DNA of 60,250 bases, filler included, from Sphacelaria rigidula (GCA_964200075.2; 6 parts of 6 records of this genome joined end to end with filler, not necessarily neighbours in it), one strand, 5' to 3'; shown: positions 1 to 12,208, counted from the first letter of the whole stretch. Made by a program: numbers and translations. Notes: a model not told the origin generated them from the letters alone.

Positions 1-52
1 CCCGGGGAGCGGTTGATTCTCATTTCAAAATACGTTCTCATTTTTCTGGCAA

Positions 53-130
53 CCCTGTTACCTGCTGAATCGGCATCAATATTTACTTGAAAAGAGCATG
101 CGCGATGTAGATGAAGTACCAGTCCGAGGG
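53..130. mobile_element. Degenerate copy of a ~100-bp piggyBac-like miniature element
   Basis: CCC...GGG ends followed by TTAA (131-134); internal CCTGCTGAATCGGCATCAATATTTACTTGAA nearly identical to the unit at 43883-43983. Confidence 0.55.
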
Positions 131-1106
131 TTAAAACCGTACAGTCATGCGAACCCAATAGTCGTCATAAATCTACGTTGAGCAGACTCACGGGCCCTGT
201 CCATGGGAAAATTCTGAACGCGAGGAAAAGCCCTTGGGCGTCGGCTTGACTGCTCTGAACAACGTTTACGTGAGATTGAGAGAACAGCGCTGATTGAGAG
301 TTGCTTTGATCATTGGTTTGAACTCAGCCAATTTTTCATTTCGTGTGTGCTTTTCTTTGTCTAGCTCTATCTCGAGCGTGTGCTTCCAGCTACACGTCGG
401 TAACCTACTCAGGAATATCAAGGGCCTGAGTGGAAAGCTACTACAGAGAGCATATCGGGTCTCGTGGAGGTGCATTTCGGGACGGAAACGATTCATTCAC
501 TAATTAACCGCCTTTCGCTCTCAATCGTAACCTCTACTCTCAATGTCACGAAAAAATTGTTTATAGGCAGTGTTGTTGAACTGTCTGCGAACCTTGGTAG
601 CCATGGTACTATGAAGAAGTCCTGCATGCAGAGCTACACCATTTGTACATGGATCAGTCAAACGAACTGCTACACATCCATTGACAGAGCACTCTGCTGT
701 ATTAGAGACTGACTGGTAACAGGTGAGCTAGACATAGTCCCGTATACAGGGTTGCAGCTACCATGCTATGAATATACGGGAAAAGAGCTTGGGCCTAGTG
801 AAACAATAATTACTCTAAGCAGGTGAACCAGAATGCCCTCCATGCGCGGCTACACCATCAGACGCATTCCAATACTCAATACTTCGGGAAGTTGCTCCCG
901 GTATTTTATGTTCTTGGCACGAGAGCTACCTGGCACTCTGCCGCCGGCCTCAGTCCGACTTATCATTTTTCCAACAGACGTGCATCCGAGTGTTCCACAC
1001 ATTACAATATTTCGGGAATTTTCTCTCGTGTAACAAGAGAGCTACTTGACACTCTGGTACCTCGGCAATACCACACATGTTCTACGCGGTGTAGTAAGTC
1101 GTCTTA

Positions 1107-1581
1107 GGCCAACTCTAATGAGAGCCGTTCAAAATACCTGTCGAAAACTGTCTTTTGAGCCCTTCTCCGTCGATTTACGCCCGAGAAGAGGGCTAGGCAG
1201 ATGTTGACGCCTTGGAATGACTTGCTCTTCTACTCGTTGAAACCGTTCTAGGGTAACTTTGCATTTCCCGCTGGCTACACTTTTGTTTTTGGCCAAATGA
1301 CGCCTAACACGGACCTGCAGTAAAAAACGATCATGTGATCAAAATTTCCCCCTGTTTTTTGAGCGCTTGATCGTTTTCTATTGAAAATTCGTGTTTGGCC
1401 AAAAATGAAAGTGCGGCCAGTGGGAAATGCAAAGTTGCTCTGGAACATTCTCAATGAGTAAAGCAAGCCATTCCAAGGCGTCAACATCCGCCTAGCCCTC
1501 TTTTCAGGCGTAAAACGACGGAGAAGGGCCAAAAAGGCAGTTTCGAACAGAAATTTTGAACGGCTCCCATTAGAGTCGGTC
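1107..1581. mobile_element. MITE with ~190-bp terminal inverted repeats, PIF/Harbinger (Tourist)-like
   Basis: Left end GGCCAACTCTAATGAGAGCCGTTCAAAAT pairs with right end ATTTTGAACGGCTCCCATTAGAGTCGGTC; flanks TTA/TCA (imperfect 3-bp TSD); related sequence at 6428-6730, ~46620-46780 and ~51550-51710. Confidence 0.8.
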
Positions 1582-1771
1582 TCAGGGTTGGATTAGTTCA
1601 TATTACATTGTTCCGTCGCAGTCATAATAACAACCAAACTGCTTCAAGCGATAAGAATGGTGGTGGTGATGAAATAGCGGTGACACAATCACCAACAGCG
1701 GTGACGGTGACAGCCACAATGTCGACACCTATGATTTCAATGGCCAACAATATCCGCCAGGAACTTGGGAA

Positions 1772-2125
1772 TTGGTCAATGAAATTGGAGACGGAGCTTG
1801 CTTGCTACAATGTATTCCCCGTCATGTTCGCACCGACCCAAATGCGCACACATTTGTGAGAATGCAACTTATCCAACACATGTCCGAACACCTTCATGAT
1901 CCAATTCCGAATTTTGGGGGAATGACTCTGCATGCTTCAATCTCTGCTGGGACTGATTACGAACAAATACGAACTTATGCCACACATGTCCAAATTATCG
2001 CCGCCCAACAACTGTACAACCTTCACATCCGTGTTACTCAAGGTGGTGAACCTTATCCCGTGGCATCATCCGATAACATATGCGATGTATTTTTTAGCCA
2101 TGATCACCATTGTACACTGCGAGAT
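1772..2125 (+). pseudogene. Intron-less OTU-family cysteine protease (deubiquitinase-like) domain, probably a transposon-borne remnant
   Basis: IGDGACLLQCI (Cys loop), H..VR, YATHVQIIAAQQLYNLHIRV and FFSHDHH (His loop) follow OTU motif order; no clean start codon; frameshifted relative to an upstream S/T-rich ORF. Confidence 0.7.
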
Positions 2126-2810
2126 ACAAAAGCCTCTCTGAACCATATATTTTCGACTTGCGTCACCCTCGGGAGGCCCAAACTAACCTCCCGAAGGGGA
2201 ACCTTGTATATATAGTCGCTATCGTGGCGATCAACCATAAGTTCTTCAGCCCTCATCCCATCGTGATCTTCGACAGGAAACAAACAACAAACAACGAACG
2301 CCCCTTCTATACCCGCAGAAATTACTGGCGCGAAGTCGTGGCGCGCGCTACAGTCAAGTGCTTCAGAAGGCCGCTTTAGCATTCCGTATCCGTTCGTCTG
2401 AACAGCTTCCATGCCTCTGCATGCCTCACACACCATAACGTTCCCTTGCGACCGGTAATAACCCCCCCCCCCCCATCTCAATATCGACGAACACAATCCA
2501 GCACTTTCCCTCCCCGCCATCAACACACGAATACCCAAGGGCTAGAAAATTGGGACAAAATGAGTGCAACACCAGATGTGTCACTTTTTGACCCCCTCCG
2601 CCCCACTACATCCCAGCAAAAGGATATGCATCAATTGACCCCGCGGGAGGGTATTATGGAACAGTGGATACTCGAAAATGGGGTTGAAATAAAAATGAGG
2701 TTCAACACAAGAGCCGTGCTTTGCCTGAACTAAATTCATGACAAATGGCTTTCATATGGACGACCCCATCCCTCCCGACCTCTTTAAAACCATTTTGGGT
2801 GATTTCTAGT

Positions 2811-2930
2811 CTTCCGTTCCCCCAAAGGATATGTGCGAAAGCACGATTTATGGGCCGAAAATCGTCCTTTTTTCACCCCAATATCGAGGCAAAAGTGTGC
2901 TTTCGCACATACCCTTTGGGGGAACGGGAG
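2811..2930. repeat. 120-bp hairpin/MITE-like inverted repeat
   Basis: CTTCCGTTCCCCCAAAGGATATGTGCGAAAGCAC pairs with GTGCTTTCGCACATACCCTTTGGGGGAACGGGAG. Confidence 0.75.
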
Positions 2931-3099
2931 GCCGGGAACCCCCCGGAATAGGAATGCACGGCCATATTGTGGGGAGTCCAAAACCTCAGTCCGTTTCTAG
3001 AAGGTGGGACATATAGGCTAGCCATTGGCTGTTTCGTTCTCATGTGGTTGTTCCGAATTGCACATGATATATGCCCCGAACTGCACAGGTCCGTCCTCA

Positions 3100-3700
3100 G
3101 ACTAAGGTAGTACGATGTAGATCTCCAGTGGCGAGCGGGAGCGCAGCATGTATTTAAGGACGCCCCGTCCCGTCTCCCGCACGCGCATGAATCACAAACT
3201 GACGTCGACGACTCATTATTTTGACGAGTTCGCTTCAGATTTACTGTCGAAGTTCGCTTTTTCACGGGGGCTACGGCTAGAGGGAAGATGGTTGTCAGAA
3301 TTGCCGGCAGACGGCACAAGTAAAGCCGCAGACACTGGCAGAACAACGACGCCCCTATCTAACACCGACATGTAGGCTACCCTCGCAAGCTTGAAGTCAC
3401 CCAAGTCGCGCCGTTCCAACCGAATCCGCAGGCCCTTCGTGCGACTTTGACCAATTGATGCTGCGCGTACAGATACCTCGTCCCCCGATCCGCAGATGCT
3501 GGGCCGTCGACCGCTCGTACCACCACACCAATCGAGGCCGGTTGCAGGTGCCATCGTTGGAGCAATCTAGTCGAGTACCACTATTTGTCCGAGAGGCATT
3601 TGGGGACCTATACTGCTGGGGTGTTTGCACATGGCAACTGAGTGAGGTGTCGCGCGCAGGGGCATACACGGACACAGATGGTTACCTTCAAAGCGCAGTA
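3100..3700 (-). mobile_element. Possible decayed C-terminal part of a non-LTR retrotransposon (zinc knuckle + restriction-like endonuclease region)
   Basis: Frameshifted pieces STAQHLRI / RYLYAQHQLVKVARRACG / ILTTIFPLA resemble the CCHC-RH-PD..D region of CRE/R2-type elements; heavily degenerate. Confidence 0.3.
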
Positions 3701-4000
3701 AGATACAATAGTCTCGCCATCCAGTACGGTCGTTTAAAACAACATACCGACCCAACATGGCCATCAAGGGTAATCATGATCGAGCACACCCATAAAATAT
3801 ACACAAGTTTCTGATAGATGAGGACAAGAAGGTGCAGCCAAAACACTTACAGTCAACAATAGTCACAAAAGGGGTGCAGTGGCCTGTTGATCGAGCACAG
3901 CCGAAACCCTGTTCTATTAGTATACTGAGTGAGCACCCCGACACGAATGTACAGCGGCGTGCCGATGGTGCATGATCATATTCGCTTCATGTACGGCAGT

Positions 4001-4652
4001 CTAATGGAAACCCGGACGTGTGGCCGGCCCGGGGATGATTCGTCGACTAGGCAACGACGGCGGTGGTGCCGCGGCCATCTCATTTGGTGGCTCGCGAATC
4101 GACAGATCCGCCACAACAGCAGTCCCGTGGCTTGAAGAAGAAGTCATATCGTCGTAGCTGCTGTCAATGCTTCCCTTTTGCGGGCCTCTACTGATGAGAA
4201 CGCTGCTACCGGAACGCCTTTGACTGGCAGAATCTGACGCCGCTGCTGAGGAAGCCGCGTACACAGACGTTCGGTAGCTTGGAGGGTTCTGGATGGGACC
4301 GCCCAGTGGAACTGGCTTTCGCCTCGACGACGGCTGCTGGACGGAGTGGTTACTGGAGGCTGCGGCTACGCCGCTGTTAGATGTGCGACTCCCGTTGCTG
4401 CTATTTACATCGCTGGCCGCTCTATCGTGCTGGATCCGTGTCTGTGATCTGCGAAATCTCGCTGCGTTTTCGAAGAGCTTCTGCCAATAGTTTGTGTTTG
4501 GGGTGCGAGCGCGGGGAGGAAGAGGGAAGTAGAGGTCGTATTTTGGATGACTTGAAAATAACATTTTCAAAACTGGAAGTAACAATACCGTTATAGGGAG
4601 TACGCCACATACTTCGACATCAGGATTTTTCAACTTGTCGTGGATGTGGATT
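4001..4652 (-). CDS. 3' exons of an unidentified host gene (exons 4652-4613 and 4480-4001; Ser-rich C-terminus)
   Basis: GTATGT donor at 4612 and CAG acceptor at 4483-4481 join IHIHDKLKNPDVE|KLFENAARFRRS in frame; open to TAG at 4001. Confidence 0.5.
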
Positions 4653-5051
4653 CTTGAGTTCAACGTTTGAACGGGTGGAGCAGGAAGGGCTGGGGGAGGG
4701 CAGCACAGGTACAGGATCAGACAGGAAAAAATAGGTCGTGTACCTCCGGCGTCAAGAGCAAGGGTAGACAACGTTAACCTCCCTCACCTCCAAGCGTTTG
4801 GCCGCCGATACAGATAAACTGTCGAGCCGATAGTGGATGAGATTACCGGAATAATTTCCGGCGGTTTATGACAGCACACGATGTGCACCTTAAATCATTC
4901 CCTGCCACAAGAGAGCACACAAATGTCCAAGTGGACAAGACTCACACGTAGCCAGTGGATGGTACCAGACTTTACATCTTAGAGTATCCTCTCTAGACGA
5001 CGACAGTTTAGGTCGAACTCGGCGGTAGTCGAGGTGTACCTTTGAAAGGTT

Positions 5052-5219
5052 TCTCGCATGCCCTCCACAACCTGCATGTCCTTCGGATGCATCGATAAAA
5101 TTCGTCAACAATCAACGACGCTCGGGAGTGTCGAGATATCTCACATGCCCTCCACAACCTGCATGTTCTAGGGATGCATTGATAAAATTCGTCAACAACC
5201 AACGGCTCTCGGGAGTGTT
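5052..5219. repeat. Tandem duplication, ~87-bp unit x2
   Basis: TCTC(G/A)CATGCCCTCCACAACCTGCATGT...GATAAAATTCGTCAACAA...CTCGGGAGTGT at 5052 and 5139. Confidence 0.85.
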
Positions 5220-6427
5220 GATCCAATGCTGGATCACATACTGCGCGGCAGGTGCTGGGAAGGAGATGGACTAGTGCTCCAAGACCAAGCACTCGTGCCG
5301 AGCAGGCGGAGGGTATACACCAAGGGGAAAACGTACTAGAGAAATAGCTCCGATCGCTGAAGGAGTCACCTGTGTTCCTCGGCTGGTACGGAGTGCCGTT
5401 GCTGAGCCCTCGTCTACCGGCGGGGGTGGCCGGGCGTCGTTGGCGATTCGGTCGAATGCAGGCGTGAGTGCTGGGATCTTCAACACGGTTAGACGGCCAG
5501 AAAACAAGACGAAACAACGCAGACACAACACGAAGAATAGATGCACCGGGAGTTCTTTGTCATGGAAGAGGACAGCGGTACACTCTCAAGTATTAGGAAT
5601 CTGTGTCGAGGTTTACACCACAAACATACTGAACAGCAGATAACGGTTGGCCACTGGGTTTCCTTAATCGGGATTTCCTGAGGCACTGTTTGTCATCTTC
5701 ACTCGGAACTTCAACAGTCGGTCGGCGTTGGTAGTAGAAACAGGTCACTCTCGCGATGAATTTTCCCATCTTGTGCTGCCGGAGCGATTTGGAGCAAAAC
5801 CCTTCAAGTGTGTGGTAACGACCATGATTGGCCCAAAAAACCATTTTTTGGCTGTAGCGCATTGAAACGTTAGAAAATGAATATCCACTACAAACGATTG
5901 GGATCGGTTGGATCGAGCGAGCCTATCGAGGATCAAGACACTAGGGTTGTAGACACGTTGGGCTCCCGACGACCGGTTAGCCCGTACGTAATCCAAACTG
6001 GGTCCCAGAAACAATTTGATAATCGAACTTTGATGCGGGTACTTGAGTTTTTCGATCCTCATAGTGTAGTATCACGCGTTAACCGCCATCATTATTGGTG
6101 AACGAAAAACTAGTCATTCGAAAAATAGTTCTCAGATGTTTACTACAGCGTTTCGCAAGGGGAGGTGCGCCGCGGGGAGTGAGAGCCGGGCAAGGGATGT
6201 GAGCAGAAATCGGTATAACACTATTGCCAACGATGCGGGACAGGCGGGCTCCCTTCAATTGCAAACGAGATTAATTGCACGAAGCTAAAGCAAACACGGT
6301 CTTCTATAAAATACGGATATATTAGTTTTGAGGGTGCGCCGTGGAGACCTCCATAAGGCCACTTCTTATGTATAATACATATATATATTGTTGAAACCTG
6401 CACTTTAGGCCCTTGGTCTTTGTCTCT

Positions 6428-6730
6428 CGTCGGAAAAGAGGCCTTGGCGGATGGTGACACCTTGGAATGAATCGTTCAACTCGTTGAGGCCGTTCCAGAG
6501 CACCTTTGCGTCTCCCGTAGGTTTCACTTTTGTTCTTGGCCAAACTTACATATTCAACAGCAAACGGTCATGTCATATTAAAACCGGCTATTTTCCCCCT
6601 GTTTTTTTAATAACCTGACTGCCATTGACGAAGCAAGTTTGGCCGAAAACAAAACTGCGACCTACGGAAAACGCGAAGGTGCCCTGGAACGGTTTCAACG
6701 AGTAGATCAAGTCATTCCAAGATGTCAACA
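6428..6730. mobile_element. Internal portion of a second copy of the 1107-1581 MITE family
   Basis: Shares CCTTGGAATGA...CTCGTTGA...TTGGCCAAA...TTTCCCCCTGTTTTTT...TTTGGCC...CATTCCAAG..GTCAAC in the same palindromic order. Confidence 0.75.
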
Positions 6731-6891
6731 AGCAGGTTTCAACAACATTTTCTTCTTGAAAAGGAAGGAGTGATCCAAGCACCGATTCATTTTCGAAAAA
6801 ACGCGAATGCACCCTTCGGCCGTGCTGTGCGGTCTTATTCATCCAAAACAAAACACGCACCCGCTATTAGTAAAGTCCCGTGTATATTCCA

Positions 6892-8865
6892 CACCCTCGA
6901 CAAAACAATATGCTTCAGATATATTAGTCGACCATATCGGAATATTGCGATTCATTGCCGACGTAATATACATTGGTGCCCTTGGACTGCACACGTATTG
7001 CGCGCCCAATATATATACGCTGGTGTCGTGGGACTGCAAACATATTGCCCGCTCCATGTGTATTAGTAATGTGGGATTGCGCATAGATCGTCCCATAAAT
7101 ATATGTTGGGGCAGTGTGAGCGAAGACAACTTGCACGACCAATATATACTAGGGTCGCATTGGTGATGACATCTTGACCGGTCAATATATACTGGGGCCG
7201 TATGGGTGCGAAGATATTGCCCGGTCAGGGTATCAGCACAAGTACACATATCGCGGTAGTGTATGTTACAAGATACCACCCACCCAGTTTGCATTGGATG
7301 GGCTCATCGATGTCGAGTGTATGTTGCAACGAACCATATGATTCAAGTACTGTACTCTGCCGCGTCCTGAAAGTCGCGCCGTTCGACGAACCTCCCATTT
7401 AGTGTAATTTAACAAGTGAAGACTTCAACATTGTGTTGGCGTGCAGGATGCTTACACGAGAGCCATTTCGAATCACTTCGAGAAAAAAATATGTAGGCGA
7501 GACTGTTGCGTCGTCCCTTGATACTTTGGGGTAATCGTTTCCAGAAAAGTGATCCGATTCATAAGTTACCAGACCCTTTGGCTGTGAAGTTACGTTGACT
7601 GACGAATTGGCATCATTTATAACAACAACAATGAAGGGACAATTTCGGGGTAATATTTTTAGGAGAAGTGATCCAATTCATTAGTTACCTGACACTTTGG
7701 CTATAAGGGTACGTTAGCTGATGAATCGGCATCACATTTATATGAAATTATTGTTTTCCAATATATATATATATATATATATATATCGCACACGCTCATC
7801 GCATAGCTATTGCGCAGCCGATGGACATCGGACACGCTCGTGGAGGAGTATATTAAGCATTCTCCGCATCTGGTGATGTATCGTTCGATGGCACCCGCGA
7901 ACATGAAAGAGTCATGCTACGATAGGGGGGGGCGTGCTCATTTGTTGTTTTCCTTAGTCGTTTGACCATTGACCACGCATCCCTTCCGAGACGGAGCACC
8001 GTTGCTACTCCTAATAGAGGCACCTTCAGCATTCCGGCGCTCATTTCGGTTCGCTACGATAGGGGGGGGGGGTATTTTGGGCCGTTTTCTCCCACGATGT
8101 TCCACTCCAATCATCATTGAAAGCAGCCAACAGTTGTTCGAGCGCGCTCGCTCTCGATAAAAAACGCTCATTTTTACTCTTTTACACCGTTTACCCAAAT
8201 TCAAGCGCACAGGGAGTGTTTGAGGTGGTTTGACGCATCTATGAGCACATTTTTTCGTGGAATCGAACACCCCCCCCCTCCCTCCCCCTATCGGATGACT
8301 ATGGCATGCATGATCGTGAGTACACCCCCCCCTATCGTAGCATGGCTCGAAACTGCCCATCATACTAATTCCTACACACTTCCCAACATACCGATTGAAT
8401 CATTATTACATATATATTGGTACACCAAGACGTAATCTGCAGTCAGTTCCCTCGTGTACTGTTCGCCCGGAATGTATCGAATGCATTGACGCACGGCGCA
8501 TTGGAGCGGCAGTATATATTGGCGTTTCCGGTGTTGAGAATATTGACTCGTCAATATTAATATATATTGATCTCGTGTGGCCGCCAATATATTACTCGAC
8601 AGTATATATTGGCGCCTAACCGCACCAACATGTTACTCGGCCAATCTATATTACGGTGGCTCTCGTCGTGATATAGTATTCGGTCGATATATAATGCATG
8701 TCGCGAGCCTTGATATATTGATGACTCAGTATATACATATTGACTTATCTCTCGTGCCATCATATTGCTCACCCAATATACATCGACCATCCGACGCGTA
8801 GACGTGTTCAGCGGGCAATATATACATAAACATGTTCTGTATAACATATTTTATTGTACAGGGTG
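6892..8865. mobile_element. ~2-kb non-autonomous TIR element with arrays of subterminal ATATAT-core motifs
   Basis: CACCCTCGACAAAACAATATG pairs with CATATTTTATTGTACAGGGTG; ~350-450 bp at each end packed with CAATATATAYTG-like motifs; internal ~120-bp tandem duplication (7528-7742) and a nested MITE. Confidence 0.6.
7909..8348. mobile_element. 440-bp MITE with GAG...CTC ends and 4-bp TSD (Sola-like)
   Basis: TIR GAG(T/C)CATGCTACGATAGGGGGGG at both ends; GAAA at 7905-7908 and 8349-8352; partial copies at ~47090-47230 and ~60090-60165. Confidence 0.8.
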
Positions 8866-9758
8866 TAGAATATTCCGAACGATGCTAACCTCCGTTAATT
8901 CCTGCACACTAGGTTCGTTGCCATATTTCTGAATCCCCTGTCAACACGGAATTTCACAAATTTGTGGTGGACCGCTTTCGAGGATGGGCGAAGTCTCACA
9001 ACACGGTCGGAGAGCTCAGTTTGTATTCATAAGTATTTTGATGCCTATGAAGGTACCCAAGGTTCATCCTCAAAAACAAATCCGTCCGCAATTTGAAATA
9101 ATCCCGTTTTTCCACGTGTGAAACGAAGATGGTTTTTCATGCATGCCTTTTGAACATGATTCCCTAGCGTTGCCCTAATTCGGCATAGATTCCCTCCATT
9201 TCATCAAGTAGAAATATCAATTGCCCTTTTCTTCACTCAAATTGCAACACTTGTTCAAGTCGTCAGGAGAAGAAAAAATCTAACTCGTTCGTCTAAAAAA
9301 CAGGCGCCCAAAGGCCACATCTGGAGCGGACTTGAGCATCGTCAATAACAGCGACACCGTCGGCCGGAAAATGGCGCGGCAAACACTCCAACTACAGGCA
9401 AGTTTACATAAGATCAGTAAACGTTCTTCATCTTCGAAAGACTGGGACATTCGATAAACTGGAGATCATCACTATTTTGATAGGTCATCGAAACAAAGGC
9501 ATTTTTTACTCAGCCAAGGAACTTGTGCAACCGAGGGGGAATCAGCTGCTACGACATACTACAACAGCGGTGGTCGAGTGAGGGGGGCATTGAGGAGAGC
9601 AACCGCAACATCATCAACGAAGAATGGACTGGGTATACTCAACAGACACCAGCATTCCGTTTTTTTCTGAGTAATGAACCCCTGACTTGGTAGCGCAAGA
9701 TCATTCTACAGCAATGTATATATATATATATCGGGCAATGTATATATGTATATATCGG

Positions 9759-9959
9759 GCAATGGCCTAGAAAAGGTATACCTTCTCGCTTTTTGCCTAA
9801 GAAAGGTACGAAAAATGGCCACAAACGCGAAAACAGCTCAATACGCCATTTTGACCGTTTTCGCTCCGGAGTTTTCACGCACATCATTCGGGGGGCCATT
9901 GGCACCCGGGACTCGAAATAAACGGATAAAGAGCATGTTACTCGAGAGATATGGGCACG
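9759..9959 (+). repeat. High-copy repeat end at contig terminus
   Basis: GCAATGGCCTAGAAAAGGTATACCTTCTC... is a diverged reverse complement of 10060-10274. Confidence 0.8.
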
Positions 9960-10059
9960 NNNNNNNNNNNNNNNNNNNNNNNNNNNNNNNNNNNNNNNNN
10001 NNNTTAATTAATTAANNNNNNNNNNNNNNNNNNNNNNNNNNNNNNNNNNNNNNNNNNNN
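9960..10059. other. Artificial contig linker
   Basis: N44-TTAATTAATTAA-N44 (stop codons in all six frames). Confidence 0.98.
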
Positions 10060-10274
10060 GTCCGTTTTCGCGTGGCCATATCTCTCGAGTAATATGTTTT
10101 TTTCCCGTTTTGTTTCGAGGCCCGGGTGCCAACGCCCCCCCCCGAATGATGTGCATGAAACATTCGGGGCGAAAACGGTCAAAATAGCGTGTGTGATTGT
10201 TTTCGCGTTTCTGGCCATTTTTCGTACCTTTCTTGGGCAAGAAATGAGAAGGTATACCTTTTCTAGTCCATTGC
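10060..10274 (-). repeat. Same repeat family as 9759-9959 at the start of contig 2
   Basis: Ends GAGAAGGTATACCTTTTCTAGTCCATTGC. Confidence 0.8.
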
Positions 10275-10315
10275 TAAAAAAAAAAACTTCGTGTACACAT
10301 CAAGTCATCGAAATG

Positions 10316-10651
10316 TAGTTCCACTCCTTCACCTGCTGGTAACTATTGACAACTACTGCACGCCATTCAAATTCTGATCCTGATGACCGACATGTTGGGG
10401 TCCAAGGTGAAGAAATCATTTTTGGGAATGTGGATGATTCGATCAGATCGCCGAAATTCCTCAAAATTACTTTTTTCACCTAGGACTCCAACATGTCGAT
10501 TATCAGGACCAAAATTTGTATAGCGTGTAGTAGATAGATGTCAATAGCTGCCAGCAAGTGAATAAATGGAACCGTATTTCGAAGATTTGGTGTGGATACG
10601 AAGATTTTTATTCTCAGGGTTTCCCATCCCCAATTTGTACAATCCCGTGTT
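10316..10651. mobile_element. 5'-truncated copy of a foldback (whole-element palindrome) MITE
   Basis: Arms TGTTGGGGTCCAAGGTGAA / TTCACCTAGGACTCCAACA; right end ATCCCGTGTT shared with 10896-11325. Confidence 0.75.
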
Positions 10652-10895
10652 GGGACACCGACAACAGGGGCATCTCGCGTTCTTGTTTCCGCGGCTGTTC
10701 TACAAAAACTCGCCTGCCCACATATGGCAACCTGGGTGATCTTCCGAAGGCGAGTTGAGACCCATTTCGCCTTCGAAGAGTCGATATATCATAAAAGACT
10801 TTCGCGAACTCGCACTGCAGTAGTACGTTGGGATGGAGTTGCATCTGAGCGTGAGGCGTTCTCCTTGCAAGCATTTTTTTTTACAAACTGTAAAA

Positions 10896-11325
10896 AACAC
10901 TGGATTTTACAAACTGGGGATGAGAAACCCGGAGGATTAGAATCGTCGTATCCACAGCAAATCTTCGAACAATGGTTCCATTTCTTCACCTACTGATAAC
11001 TTTTGACAAGTGATACACAAAATAGAAGTTTGGATTCCGATTACCGAAATGTTGGGGTCCTATTATAGGTGAAAAATCAATTCCGGGACAATTTTGGCGT
11101 CCGTTCAGACACCCGGAATTCCCCCGAATTGGTTTTTCACCTAGGACCCCAACATTCGGTGGTCGAAATCCAAATTTCTATGGCGTTTGGCAGTAATCAA
11201 TAGCTATTGGTAGGTGAAGAAATGGAACCATATTTCGAAGATTTGGTGTGGATACGAAGATTTCAATCCTCTGGGTTTCTCATCCCCAATAAAAGGTCCT
11301 TCCCCATTTTGTAATATCCCGTGTT
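10896..11325. mobile_element. 430-bp foldback MITE, near-complete hairpin
   Basis: AACACTGGATTTTACAAACTGGGGATGAGAAACCC...CGTATCCAC pairs with GTGGATACG...GGGTTTCTCATCCCCAA...TTTGTAATATCCCGTGTT; arms meet near 11105. Confidence 0.8.
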
Positions 11326-12208
11326 AAAAAATGTTTTGCCTCACTTTGTCAGACCACCCCATATAAGTTTTGGCCGAAGTAATGCATGCCTACCTCAGCA
11401 CGAGCTCAGCTTTGTTCAGGTTCGGCAAAAAGAAAGAAGACAAAGAAAAAAAAGCAGCCTAGTGGCGCATGGAAAAGGGATACTCTTGAAGCCCTCTTGG
11501 TGTCCTTTCTCGGTGCTGCCTCGACGAAGTACTGTGCACCATAATTGCAACCTCACTCTGGGCGAGGAAATATCACCACAGCGGCGCGCAAATACTCTTT
11601 TATTTTGCCGCCTGAAGGTCATCATGTCAGATAACGAAATGCTCGCAATTGAAGAGCAGCACCCGTTCGGGAGTACTTGGTGATGTTGACGACGGATGTT
11701 TACACGCCGTCGGCTAAGTGCAAACACCAGAGAATATACGAATACGACACACCGCCTGGTCAGGAAGATGCGATGAAAACATCTTACACGGCATAGCAAG
11801 ACGAGAGACGGAGCAAGAAGCATCCCATTTGCACAAAAAAGATCATCGATTACATTTAGCGAAAACTGACGGTATATAGCGCCTTCGAACAACAGCAGGC
11901 TGGTACTTCTAAATTCACACGACATGCACAACACGACACGAAAGTCACCGGTTGCTCTATCCATGGTAGCACTTGTGCCAAAAGAATCACAGTGCCGTCT
12001 CTGGGCCGTCCGGCTAGCTATGCTCGGCGCACACTTGTTGCTGCGGTTGCACTGGATACATGAGCCCCGCGAAATTAAAAGCCCAACTTTGTGGATTTAA
12101 CAGCGCCTAGCCTCCTGCAACCAAACTATAGCCACTAGGCCATGCTTCACCTTTTACAATAGATATGATATACTACGTCGCAGCTATATTCAAAGGTAGA
12201 GGGAAAAG

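Noticed and set aside
6900-7230. Repeat-spacer pattern resembling a CRISPR array (also 8400-8850 and 17040-17255)
   Set aside because: Repeats are short, degenerate and irregularly spaced, or simply tandem; no cas genes; eukaryotic transposon context
8940-9560. Minus-strand VAVIDDAQ Walker-B-like text
   Set aside because: Many stops and no Walker A found; too weak to call
10004-10015. TTAATTAATTAA recurring every ~10 kb
   Set aside because: Synthetic six-frame stop linker inside N runs
9759-10274. Long inverted repeat spanning the first gap, resembling one element
   Set aside because: Contigs are ordered by length (9959, 9959, 9958...) with artificial linkers, so adjacency is not biological; both contigs simply end in the same high-copy repeat
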